Positions 15,701-31,400 of a stretch of DNA of 64,000 bases are shown one piece after another. The notes under the pieces are model-generated. The model was not told the DNA's origin. It saw only the letters and a program-made list of their open reading frames with translations, and did no database searches. This DNA is from Eledone cirrhosa (Eukaryota), in NCBI GenBank assembly GCA_964016885.1, contig OZ024745.1:6262001-6326000 (forward strand), read 5' to 3'. The first letter of the stretch is position 1. The number at the start of each line of letters is the position of its first letter. The position numbers and the translations under genes are program-made.

Positions 15701-16050
15701 TAGTATTTTAATACTGTCAGATATAGTATTATAGTACTGTCTGAGATAGTATTATAATACTGTCAGATATAGTATTATAATACTGTCAGATATAGTATTA
15801 TATTACTGTTAGATATAGTATTATATTACTATCAGATATAGTATTATATTACTGTCAGATATAGTATTATATTACTGTCAGATATAGTATTATAATACTG
15901 TCAGATATAGTATTATAATACTGTCAGATATAGTATTATAATACTGTCAGATATAGTATTATATTACTGTTAGATATAGTATTATATTACTATCAGATAT
16001 AGTATTATATTACTGTCAGATATAGTATTATATTACTGTCAGATATAGTA
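12800..16050 (+). repeat. ~1.6-kb tandem duplication (offset 1,623, then 1,600 after a one-monomer indel)
   Basis: GTCATATATAG 12976/14599 (+1623); GTCAGATATGTT 13781/15404 (+1623); 16-bp monomer AGATTATATT 14011/15611 (+1600). Confidence 0.85.
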
Positions 16051-19000
16051 TTATATTACTGTCAGATATAGTATTATATTACTGTCAGATATAGTATTAT
16101 ATTACTGTCAGATATAGTATTCATATTACTGTCAGATATAGTATTATATTACTGTCAGGTATAGTATTATAATACTGTCAGATATAGTATTATAATACTC
16201 TCAGTTATGGTATTATATTACTGTCAGATATAGTATTATATTACTGTCAGATATAGTATTATATTACTGTCAGATATAGTATTATATTACTGTCAGCTAT
16301 AGTATTATTTTACCGTCAGATATAGTATTATAATACTGTCTGATATTGTATTATATAACTGTCAGATATAGTATTATATTACTGTCTGATATAGTATTAT
16401 ATCACTGTCAGATATTGTATTATAATACTGTCAGATATAGTATCATAATACTGTCAGATATAGTATTATAATACTGTCAGATATATTATTATAATACTGT
16501 AAGATATAGTATTATATTACTGTCAGATATAGTATTATAATACTGTCAGATATATTATTATAATACTGTCAGATATAATATTATATTACTGTCAGATATA
16601 GTATTATATTACTGTCAGATATAGTATTATAATACTGTCTGATATAGTATTATAATACTGTCAGATATAGTAATATATTACTGTCAGATATGGTATTATA
16701 GTACTGTCAGATATAGTATTATATTACTGTCAGATATAGTATTATAATACTGTCAGATATAAATTATAATACTGTCAGATATAGAATTATAATACTGTCT
16801 GATATAGTATTATATTATTGTCAGATATAGTATTATATTACTGTCAGATATAGTATTATAATACTGTCAGATATAGTATTATAATACTGTCAGATATAGT
16901 ATTATATTACTGTTAGATATAGTATTATATTACTATCAGATATAGTATTATATTACTGTCAGATATAGTATTATATTACTGTCAGATATAGTATTATATT
17001 ACTGTCAGATATAGTATTATATTACTGTCAGATATAGTATTATAATACTGTCAGATATAGTATTATATTACTGTCAGATATATATTATATTACTGTCAGA
17101 TATAGTATTATAATTCTGTCAGATATAGTATTATAATACTGTCAGATATAGTATTATAATACTGTCAGATATAGTATTATAATACTGTCAGATAGAGTAT
17201 TATATTACTGTCAGATATAGTATCATGATACTGTCAGTTATAGTATTATAATAATGTCAGATATAGTATTATATTACTGTCAGATATAGTATTATGATAC
17301 TGTCAGATATAGTATTATATTACTGTCAGATATTGTATTATATTACTATCAGATATAGTATTATATTACTGTCAGATATAGTATTATATTACTGTCAGAT
17401 ATAGTATTATATTACTGTCAGATATAGTATTCATATTACTGTCAGATATAGTATTATATTACTGTCAGGTATAGTATTATAATACTGTCAGATATAGTAT
17501 TATAATACTCTCAGTTATGGTATTATATTACTGTCAGATATAGTATTATATTACTGTCAGATATAGTATTATATTACTGTCAGATATAGTATTATATTAC
17601 TGTCAGCTATAGTATTATATTACCGTCAGATATAGTATTATAATACTGTCTGATATTGTATTATATAACTGTCAGATATAGTATTATATTACTGTCTGAT
17701 ATAGTATTATATCACTGTCAGATATTGTATTATAATACTGTCAGATATAGTATCATAATACTGTCAGATATAGTATTATAATACTGTCAGATATATTATT
17801 ATAATACTGTAAGATATAGTATAATATTACTGTCAGATATAGTATTATAATACTGTCAGATATATTATTATAATACTGTCAGATATAATATTATATTACT
17901 GTCAGATATAGTATTATATTACTGTCAGATATAGTATTATAATACTGTCTGATATAGTATTATAATACTGTCAGATATAGTAATATATTACTGTCAGATA
18001 TGGTATTATAGTACTGTCAGATATAGTATTATAATACTGTCAGATATAGTATTATAATACTGTCAGATATAATATTATAATACTGTCAGATATAGAATTA
18101 TAATACTGTCTGATATAGTATTATATTATTGTCAGATATAGTATTATAATACTGTCAGATATAGTATAATATCACTGTTAGATATAGTATTATAATACTG
18201 TCAGATATGTTATAATACTGTCAGATATAGTATTATAATACTGTCAGATATAGTATTATATTACTGTCAGATATATTATTATATTACTGTCAGATAAAGT
18301 ATTGTATTGCTGTCAGATATAGAATTATAATACTGTCAGATATAATGTTATAATACTGTCTGATATAGTATTATCTTATTGTCAGATATAGTATTATATT
18401 ACTGTCAGATATAGTATTATAATTCTGTCAGATTATATTACTGTCAGATATAGTATTATAATACTGTCAGATATAGTATTATATTACTGTCTGATATTGT
18501 GTTATATTACTGTTTGATATAGTATTATATTTCTGTTAGATATATTATTTTAATACTGTCAGATATCGTATTATAATACTGTCTGATATAGTATTATATT
18601 ATTGTCAGATATAGTATTGTATTACTGTCAGATATAGTATTATAATACTGTCAGATATAGTATTATAATACTGTCAGACATAGTATTATAATACTGTCAG
18701 ATATAGTATTATATTACTGTTAGATATAGTATTATATTACTATCAGATATAGTATTATATTACTGTCACATATAGTATTATATTACTGTCAGATATAGTA
18801 TTATATTACTGTCAGATAGAGTATTATATTACTGTCAGATATAGTATTATATTACTGTCAGATATAGTATTATAATACTGTCAGATATAGTATTATAATA
18901 CTGTCAGATATAGTATTATAATGCTGTCAGATATAGTATTATAATACTGTCAAATATAGTATTATATTACTGTCAGATATAGTATTATATTACTGTCAGA

Positions 19001-22000
19001 TATAGTATTCATATTACTGTCAGATATAGTATTATATTACTGTCAGGTATAGTATTATAATACTGTCAGATATAGTATTATAATACTCTCAGTTATGGTA
19101 TTATATTACTGTCAGATATAGTATTATATTACTGTCAGATATAGTATTATATTACTGTCAGATATAGTATTATATTACTGTCAGCTATAGTATTATTTTA
19201 CCGTCAGATATAGTATTATAATACTGTCTGATATTGTATTATATAACTGTCAGATATAGTATTATATTACTGTCTGATATAGTATTATATCACTGTCAGA
19301 TATTGTATTATAATACTGTCAGATATAGTATCATAATACTGTCAGATATAGTATTATAATACTGTCAGATATATTATTATAATACTGTAAGATATAGTAT
19401 TATATTACTGTCAGATATAGTATTATAATACTGTCAGATATATTATTATAATACTGTCAGATATAATATTATATTACTGTCAGATATAGTATTATATTAC
19501 TGTCAGATATAGTATTATAATACTGTCTGATATAGTATTATAATACTGTCAGATATAGTAATATATTACTGTCAGATATGGTATTATAGTACTGTCAGAT
19601 ATAGTATTATATTACTGTCAGATATAGTATTATAATACTGTCAGATATAAATTATAATACTGTCAGATATAGAATTATAATACTGTCTGATATAGTATTA
19701 TATTATTGACAGATATAGTATTATATTACTGTCAGATATAGTATTATAATACTGTCAGATATAGTATTATAATACTGTCAGATATAGTATTATATTACTG
19801 TTAGATATAGTATTATATTACTATCAGATATAGTATTATATTACTGTCAGATATAGTATTATATTACTGTCAGATATAGTATTATATTACTGTCAGATAT
19901 AGTATTATATTACTGTCAGATATAGTATTATAATACTGTCAGATATAGTATTATATTACTGTCAGATATATATTATATTACTGTCAGATATAGTATTATA
20001 ATTCTGTCAGATATAGTATTATAATACTGTCAGATATAGTATTATAATACTGTCAGATATAGTATTATAATACTGTCAGATAGAGTATTATATTACTGTC
20101 AGATATAGTATCATGATACTGTCAGTTATAGTATTATAATAATGTCAGATATAGTATTATATTACTGTCAGATATAGTATTATGATACTGTCAGATATAG
20201 TATTATATTACTGTCAGATATTGTATTATATTACTATCAGATATAGTATTATATTACTGTCAGATATAGTATTATATTACTGTCAGATATAGTATTATAT
20301 TACTGTCAGATATAGTATTCATATTACTGTCAGATATAGTATTATATTACTGTCAGGTATAGTATTATAATACTGTCAGATATAGTATTATAATACTCTC
20401 AGTTATGGTATTATATTACTGTCAGATATAGTATTATATTACTGTCAGATATAGTATTATATTACTGTCAGATATAGTATTATATTACTGTCAGCTATAG
20501 TATTATTTTACCGTCAGATATAGTATTATAATACTGTCTGATATTGTATTATATAACTGTCAGATATAGTATTATATTACTGTCTGATATAGTATTATAT
20601 CACTGTCAGATATTGTATTATAATACTGTCAGATATAGTATCATAATACTGTCAGATATAGTATTATAATACTGTCAGATATATTATTATAATACTGTAA
20701 GATATAGTATTATATTACTGTCAGATATAGTATTATAATACTGTCAGATATATTATTATAATACTGTCAGATATAATATTATATTACTGTCAGATATAGT
20801 ATTATATTACTGTCAGATATAGTATTATAATACTGTCTGATATAGTATTATAATACTGTCAGATATAGTAATATATTACTGTCAGATATGGTATTATAGT
20901 ACTGTCAGATATAGTATTATATTACTGTCAGATATAGTATTATAATACTGTCAGATATAAATTATAATACTGTCAGATATAGAATTATAATACTGTCTGA
21001 TATAGTATTATATTATTGTCAGATATAGTATTATATTACTGTCAGATATAGTATTATAATACTGTCAGATATAGTATTATATTACTGTTAGATATAGTAT
21101 TATATTACTATCAGATATAGTATTATATTACTGTCAGATATAGTATTATATTACTGTCAGATATAGTATTATATTACTGTCAGATATAGTATTATATTAC
21201 TGTCAGATATAGTATTATAATACTGTCAGATATAGTATTATATTACTGTCAGATATATATTATATTACTGTCAGATATAGTATTATAATTCTGTCAGATA
21301 TAGTATTATAATACTGTCAGATATAGTATTATAATACTGTCAGATATAGTATTATAATACTGTCAGATAGAGTATTATATTACTGTCAGATATAGTATCA
21401 TGATACTGTCAGTTATAGTATTATAATAATGTCAGATATAGTATTATATTACTGTCAGAGATAGTATTATGATACTGTCAGATATAGTATTATATTACTG
21501 TCAGATATTGTATTATATTACTATCAGATATAGTATTATATTACTGTCAGATATAGTATTATATTACTGTCAGATATAGTATTATATTACTGTCAGATAT
21601 AGTATTCATATTACTGTCAGATATAGTATTATATTACTGTCAGGTATAGTATTATAATACTGTCAGATATAGTATTATAATACTCTCAGTTATGGTATTA
21701 TATTACTGTCAGATATAGTATTATATTACTGTCAGATATAGTATTATATTACTGTCAGATATAGTATTATATTACTGTCAGCTATAGTATTATATTACCG
21801 TCAGATATAGTATTATAATACTGTCTGATATTGTATTATATAACTGTCAGATATAGTATTATATTACTGTCTGATATAGTATTATATCACTGTCAGATAT
21901 TGTATTATAATACTGTCAGATATAGTATCATAATACTGTCAGATATAGTATTATAATACTGTCAGATATATTATTATAATACTGTAAGATATAGTATAAT

Positions 22001-23919
22001 ATTACTGTCAGATATAGTATTATAATACTGTCAGATATATTATTATAATACTGTCAGATATAATATTATATTACTGTCAGATATAGTATTATATTACTGT
22101 CAGATATAGTATTATAATACTGTCTGATATAGTATTATAATACTGTCAGATATAGTAATATATTACTGTCAGATATGGGATTATAGTACTGTCAGATATA
22201 GTATTATAATACTGTCAGATATAGTATTATAATACTGTCAGATATAATATTATAATACTGTCAGATATAGAATTATAATACTGTCTGATATAGTATTATA
22301 TTATTGTCAGATATAGTATTATAATACTGTCAGATATAGTATAATATCACTGTTAGATATAGTATTATAATACTGTCAGATATGTTATAATACTGTCAGA
22401 TATAGTATTATAATACTGTCAGATATAGTATTATATTACTGTCAGATATATTATTATATTACTGTCAGATAAAGTATTGTATTGCTGTCAGATATAGAAT
22501 TATAATACTGTCAGATATAATGTTATAATACTGTCTGATATAGTATTATCTTATTGTCAGATATAGTATTATATTACTGTCAGATATAGTATTATAATTC
22601 TGTCAGATTATATTACTGTCAGATATAGTATTATAATACTGTCAGATATAGTATTATATTACTGTCTGATATTGTATTATATTACTGTTTGATATAGTAT
22701 TATATTTCTGTTAGATATATTATTTTAATACTGTCAGATATCGTATTATAATACTGTCTGATATAGTATTATATTATTGTCAGATATAGTATTGTATTAC
22801 TGTCAGATATAGTATTATAATACTGTCAGATATAGTATTATAATACTGTCAGATATAGTATTATAATACTGTCAGATATAGTATTATATTACTGTTAGAT
22901 ATAGTATTATATTACTATCAGATATAGTATTATATTACTGTCACATATAGTATTATATTACTGTCAGATATAGTATTATATTACTGTCAGATAGAGTATT
23001 ATATTACTGTCAGATATAGTATTATATTACTGTCAGATATAGTATTATAATACTGTCAGATATAGTATTATAATACTGTCAGATATAGTATTATAATGCT
23101 GTCAGATATAGTATTATAATACTGTCAAATATAGTATTATATTACTGTCAGATATAGTATTATAATACTGTCAGTTATAGTATTATAATACTGTCAGATA
23201 TAGTATTATATTACTGTCAGATATAGTATTATAATACTGTCTGACAGTATTATATTACTGTCAGATATAGTATTATATTACTGTCAGATATTGTATTATA
23301 TTACAGTCAGATATAGTATTATAATACTCTCTGACAGTATTATATTACTGTCAGATATAGTATTATATTACTGTCAGATATAGTATTATAATACTCTCTG
23401 ATATAGTATTATAATACTGTCAGATATAGTAATATATTAGTGTCAGATATGGTATTATAATACTGTCAGATATAGTATTATAATACTGTCAGATATAGTA
23501 TTATAATACTGTCAGATATAATATTATAATACTGTCAGATATAGAATTATAATACTGTCTGATATAGTATTATATTATTGTCAGATATAGTATTATATTA
23601 CTGTCAGATATAGCATTATAATACTGTCAGATATAGTATTATAATACTGTCAGATATAGTATTATATTACTGTTAGATATAGTATTATATTACTATCAGA
23701 TATAGTATTATATTTCTGTCAGATATAGTATTATATTACTGTCAGATATAGTATTATATTACTGTCAGATATAGTATTATATTACTGTCAGATATAGTAT
23801 TATAATACTGTCAGATATAGTATTATATTACTGTCAGATATATATTATATTACTGTCAGATATAGTATTATAATACTGTCAGATATAGTATTATAATACT
23901 GTCAGATATAGTATTATAA

Positions 23920-25945
23920 TACTGTCAGATATAGTATTATAATACTGTCAGATATAGTATTATATTACTGTCAGATATAGTATCATGATAATGTCAGTTA
24001 TAGTATCATAATAATGTCAGATATAGTATTATATTACTGTCAGATATAGTATTATAATACTGTCAGATATAGTATTATATTACTGTCAGATATTGTATTA
24101 TATTACTGTCAGATATAGTATTATATTACTGTCAGATATAGTATTATATTACTGTCAGATATAGTATTATATTACTGTCAGATATAGTATTCATATTACT
24201 GTCAGATATAGTATTATATTACTGTCAGGTATAGTATTATAATACTGTCAGATATAGTATTATAATACTCTCAGTTATGGTATTATATTACTGTCAGATA
24301 TAGTATTATATTACTGTCAGATATAGTATTATATTACTGTCAGATATAGTATTATATTACTGTTAGATATAGTATTATATTACTGTCAGATATAGTATTA
24401 TAATACTGTCTGATATTGTATTATATAACTGTCAGATATAGTATTATATTACTGTCTGATATAGTATTATATCACTGTCAGATATTGTATTATAATACTG
24501 TCAGATATAGTATCATAATACTGTCAGATATAGTATTATAATACTGTCAGATATATTATTATAATACTGTAAGATATAGTATTATATTACTGTCAGATAT
24601 AGTATTATAATACTGTCAGATATATTATTATAATACTGTCTGATATAGTATTATAATACTGTCAGATATAGTAATATATTACTGTCAGATATGGTATTAT
24701 AGTACTGTCAGATATAGTATTATATTACTGTCAGATATAGTATTATAATACTGTCAGATATAAATTATAATACTGTCAGATATACAATTATAATACTGTC
24801 TGATATAGTATTATATTATTGTCAGATATAGTATTATATTACTGTCAGATATAGTATTATAATACTGTCAGATATAGTATTATAATACTGTCAGATATAG
24901 TATTATATTACTGTTTGATATAGTATTATATTTCTGTTAGATATAGTATTTTAATACTGTCAGATATAGTATTATAATACTGTCAGATATAGTATTATAT
25001 TACTGTCAGATATAGTATCATGATAATGTCAGTTATAGTATCATAATAATGTCAGATATAGTATTATATTACTGTCAGATATAGTATTATAATACTGTCA
25101 GATATAGTATTATATTACTGTCAGATATTGTATTATATTACTGTCAGATATAGTATTATATTACTGTCAGATATAGTATTATATTACTGTCAGATATAGT
25201 ATTATATTACTGTCAGATATAGTATTCATATTACTGTCAGATATAGTATTATATTACTGTCAGGTATAGTATTATAATACTGTCAGATATAGTATTATAA
25301 TACTCTCAGTTATGGTATTATATTACTGTCAGATATAGTATTATATTACTGTCAGATATAGTATTATATTACTGTCAGATATAGTATTATATTACTGTTA
25401 GATATAGTATTATATTACTGTCAGATATAGTATTATAATACTGTCTGATATTGTATTATATAACTGTCAGATATAGTATTATATTACTGTCTGATATAGT
25501 ATTATATCACTGTCAGATATTGTATTATAATACTGTCAGATATAGTATCATAATACTGTCAGATATAGTATTATAATACTGTCAGATATATTATTATAAT
25601 ACTGTAAGATATAGTATTATATTACTGTCAGATATAGTATTATAATACTGTCAGATATATTATTATAATACTGTCTGATATAGTATTATAATACTGTCAG
25701 ATATAGTAATATATTACTGTCAGATATGGTATTATAGTACTGTCAGATATAGTATTATATTACTGTCAGATATAGTATTATAATACTGTCAGATATAAAT
25801 TATAATACTGTCAGATATACAATTATAATACTGTCTGATATAGTATTATATTATTGTCAGATATAGTATTATATTACTGTCAGATATAGTATTATAATAC
25901 TGTCAGATATAGTATTATAATACTGTCAGATATAGTATTATATTA
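23920..25945 (+). repeat. 1,035-bp (45-monomer) tandem duplication present only in copy 1 of the large duplication
   Basis: TATACAATT at 24781 and 25816 (+1035) but only once in copy 2 (39777). Confidence 0.85.
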
Positions 25946-28419
25946 CTGTTAGATATAGTATTATATTACTATCAGATATAGTATTATATTACTGTCAGAT
26001 ATAGTATTATATTACTGTCAGATATAGTATTATATTACTGTCAGATATAGTATTATATTACTGTCAGATATAGTATTATAATACTGTCAGATATAGTATT
26101 ATATTACTGTCAGATATATATTATATTACTGTCAGATATAGTATTATAATTCTGTCAGATATAGTATTATAATACTGTCAGATATAGTATTATAATACTG
26201 TCAGATATAGTATTATAATACTGTCAGATAGAGTATTATATTACTGTCAGATATAGTATCATGATACTGTCAGTTATAGTATTATAATAATGTCAGATAT
26301 AGTATTATATTACTGTCAGATATAGTATTATGATACTGTCAGATATAGTATTATATTACTGTCAGATATTGTATTATATTACTATCAGATATAGTATTAT
26401 ATTACTGTCAGATATAGTATTATATTACTGTCAGATATAGTATTATATTACTGTCAGATATAGTATTCATATTACTGTCAGATATAGTATTATATTACTG
26501 TCAGGTATAGTATTATAATACTGTCAGATATAGTATTATAATACTCTCAGTTATGGTATTATATTACTGTCAGATATAGTATTATATTACTGTCAGATAT
26601 AGTATTATATTACTGTCAGATATAGTATTATATTACTGTCAGCTATAGTATTATATTACCGTCAGATATAGTATTATAATACTGTCTGATATTGTATTAT
26701 ATAACTGTCAGATATAGTATTATATTACTGTCTGATATAGTATTATATCACTGTCAGATATTTTATTATAATACTGTCAGGTATAGTATTATAATACTGT
26801 CAGATATAGTATTATAATACTCTCAGTTATGGTATTATATTACTGTCAGATATAGTATTATATTACTGTCAGATATAGTATTATATTACTGTCAGATATA
26901 GTATTATATTACTGTCAGCTATAGTATTATATTACCGTCAGATATAGTATTATAATACTGTCTGATATTGTATTATATTACTGTCAGATATAGTATTATA
27001 TTACTGTCAGATATAGTATTATAATACTGTCAGATATATTATTATAATACTGTCAGATATATTATTATATTACTGTCAGATAAAGTATTGTATTGCTGTC
27101 AGATATAGAATTATAATACTGTCAGATATAATGTTATAATACTGTCTGATATAATATTATCTTATTGTCAGATATAGTATTATATTACTGTCAGATATAG
27201 TATTATAATTCTGTCAGATTATATTACTGTCAGATATAGTATTATGATACTGTCAGATATAGTATTATATTACTGTCTGATATTGTATTATATTACTGTT
27301 TGATATAGTATTATATTTCTGTTAGATATAGTATTTTAATACTGTCAGATATAGTATTATAATACTGTCTGATATAGTATTATATTATTGTCAGATATAG
27401 TATTATATTACTGTCAGATATAGTATTATAATACTGTCAGATATAGTATTATAATACTGTCAGATATAGTATTATAATACAGTCAGATATAGTATTATAT
27501 TACCGTTAGATATAGTATTATATTACTATCAGATATAGTATTATATTACTGTCAGATATAGTATTATATTACTGTCAGATATAGTATTATATTACTGTCA
27601 GATAGAGTATTATATTACTGTCAGATATAGTATTATATTACTGTCAGATATAGTATTATAATACTGTCAGATATAGTATTATAATACTGTCAGATATAGT
27701 ATTATAATACTGTCAGATATAGTATTATAATACTGTCAAATATAGTATTATATTACTGTCAGATATAGTATTATAATACTGTCAGTTATAGTATTATAAT
27801 ACTGTCAGATATAGTATTATATTACTGTCAGATATAGTATTATAATACTGTCTGACAGTATTATATTACTGTCAGATATAGTATTATATTACTGTCAGAT
27901 ATTGTATTATATTACAGTCAGATATAGTATTATAATACTCTCTGACAGTATTATATTACTGTCAGATATAGTATTATATTACTGTCAGATATAGTATTAT
28001 ATTACTGTCAGATATAGTATTATATTACTGTCAGATATAGTATTCATATTACTGTCAGATATAGTATAATATTACTGTCAGGTATAGTATTATAATACTG
28101 TGAGATATAGTATTATATTACTGTCTGATATAGTATTATATCACTGTCAGATATAGTATTATAATACTGTCAGATATAGTATCATAATACTGTCAGATAT
28201 AGTATTATAATACTTTCAGATATATTATTATAATACTGTAAGATATAGTATTATATTACTGTCAGATATAGTATTATAATACTGTCAGATATAGTATTAT
28301 AATACTGTCAGATATAGTATTATATTACTGTTAGATATAGTATTATATTACTATCAGATATAGTATTATATTACTGTCAGATATAGTATTATATTACTGT
28401 CAGATATAGTATTATATTA

Positions 28420-31400
28420 CTGTCAGATATAGTATTATATTACTGTCAGATATAGTATTATAATACTGTCAGATATAGTATTATATTACTGTCAGATATA
28501 TATTATATTACTGTCAGATATAGTATTATAATTCTGTCAGATATAGTATTATAATACTGTCAGATATAGTATTATAATACTGTCAGATATAGTATTATAA
28601 TACTGTCAGATAGAGTATTATATTACTGTCAGATATAGTATCATGATACTGTCAGTTATAGTATTATAATAATGTCAGATATAGTATTATATTACTGTCA
28701 GATATAGTATTATGATACTGTCAGATATAGTATTATATTACTGTCAGATATTGTATTATATTACTATCAGATATAGTATTATATTACTGTCAGATATAGT
28801 ATTATATTACTGTCAGATATAGTATTATATTACTGTCAGATATAGTATTCATATTACTGTCAGATATAGTATTATATTACTGTCAGGTATAGTATTATAA
28901 TACTGTCAGATATAGTATTATAATACTCTCAGTTATGGTATTATATTACTGTCAGATATAGTATTATATTACTGTCAGATATAGTATTATATTACTGTCA
29001 GATATAGTATTATATTACTGTCAGCTATAGTATTATATTACCGTCAGATATAGTATTATAATACTGTCTGATATTGTATTATATAACTGTCAGATATAGT
29101 ATTATATTACTGTCTGATATAGTATTATATCACTGTCAGATATTGTATTATAATACTGTCAGATATAGTATCATAATACTGTCAGATATAGTATTATAAT
29201 ACTGTCAGATATATTATTATAATACTGTAAGATATAGTATAATATTACTGTCAGATATAGTATTATAATACTGTCAGATATATTATTATAATACTGTCAG
29301 ATATAATATTATATTACTGTCAGATATAGTATTATATTACTGTCAGATATAGTATTATAATACTGTCTGATATAGTATTATAATACTGTCAGATATAGTA
29401 ATATATTACTGTCAGATATGGTATTATAGTACTGTCAGATATAGTATTATAATACTGTCAGATATAGTATTATAATACTGTCAGATATAATATTATAATA
29501 CTGTCAGATATAGAATTATAATACTGTCTGATATAGTATTATATTATTGTCAGATATAGTATTATAATACTGTCAGATATAGTATAATATCACTGTTAGA
29601 TATAGTATTATAATACTGTCAGATATGTTATAATACTGTCAGATATAGTATTATAATACTGTCAGATATAGTATTATATTACTGTCAGATATATTATTAT
29701 ATTACTGTCAGATAAAGTATTGTATTGCTGTCAGATATAGAATTATAATACTGTCAGATATAATGTTATAATACTGTCTGATATAGTATTATCTTATTGT
29801 CAGATATAGTATTATATTACTGTCAGATATAGTATTATAATTCTGTCAGATTATATTACTGTCAGATATAGTATTATAATACTGTCAGATATAGTATTAT
29901 ATTACTGTCTGATATTGTGTTATATTACTGTTTGATATAGTATTATATTTCTGTTAGATATATTATTTTAATACTGTCAGATATCGTATTATAATACTGT
30001 CTGATATAGTATTATATTATTGTCAGATATAGTATTGTATTACTGTCAGATATAGTATTATAATACTGTCAGATATAGTATTATAATACTGTCAGACATA
30101 GTATTATAATACTGTCAGATATAGTATTATATTACTGTTAGATATAGTATTATATTACTATCAGATATAGTATTATATTACTGTCACATATAGTATTATA
30201 TTACTGTCAGATATAGTATTATATTACTGTCAGATAGAGTATTATATTACTGTCAGATATAGTATTATATTACTGTCAGATATAGTATTATAATACTGTC
30301 AGATATAGTATTATAATACTGTCAGATATAGTATTATAATGCTGTCAGATATAGTATTATAATACTGTCAAATATAGTATTATATTACTGTCAGATATAG
30401 TATTATATTACTGTCAGATATAGTATTCATATTACTGTCAGATATAGTATTATATTACTGTCAGGTATAGTATTATAATACTGTCAGATATAGTATTATA
30501 ATACTCTCAGTTATGGTATTATATTACTGTCAGATATAGTATTATATTACTGTCAGATATAGTATTATATTACTGTCAGATATAGTATTATATTACTGTC
30601 AGCTATAGTATTATTTTACCGTCAGATATAGTATTATAATACTGTCTGATATTGTATTATATAACTGTCAGATATAGTATTATATTACTGTCTGATATAG
30701 TATTATATCACTGTCAGATATTGTATTATAATACTGTCAGATATAGTATCATAATACTGTCAGATATAGTATTATAATACTGTCAGATATATTATTATAA
30801 TACTGTAAGATATAGTATTATATTACTGTCAGATATAGTATTATAATATTGTCAGATATATTATTATAATACTGTCAGATATAATATTATATTACTGTCA
30901 GATATAGTATTATATTACTGTCAGATATAGTATTATAATACTGTCTGATATAGTATTATAATACTGTCAGATATAGTAATATATTACTGTCAGATATGGT
31001 ATTATAGTACTGTCAGATATAGTATTATATTACTGTCAGATATAGTATTATAATACTGTCAGATATAAATTATAATACTGTCAGATATAGAATTATAATA
31101 CTGTCTGATATAGTATTATATTATTGTCAGATATAGTATTATATTACTGTCAGATATAGTATTATAATACTGTCAGATATAGTATTATAATACTGTCAGA
31201 TATAGTATTATATTACTGTTAGATATAGTATTATATTACTATCAGATATAGTATTATATTACTGTCAGATATAGTATTATATTACTGTCAGATATAGTAT
31301 TATATTACTGTCAGATATAGTATTATATTACTGTCAGATATAGTATTATAATACTGTCAGATATAGTATTATATTACTGTCAGATATATATTATATTACT

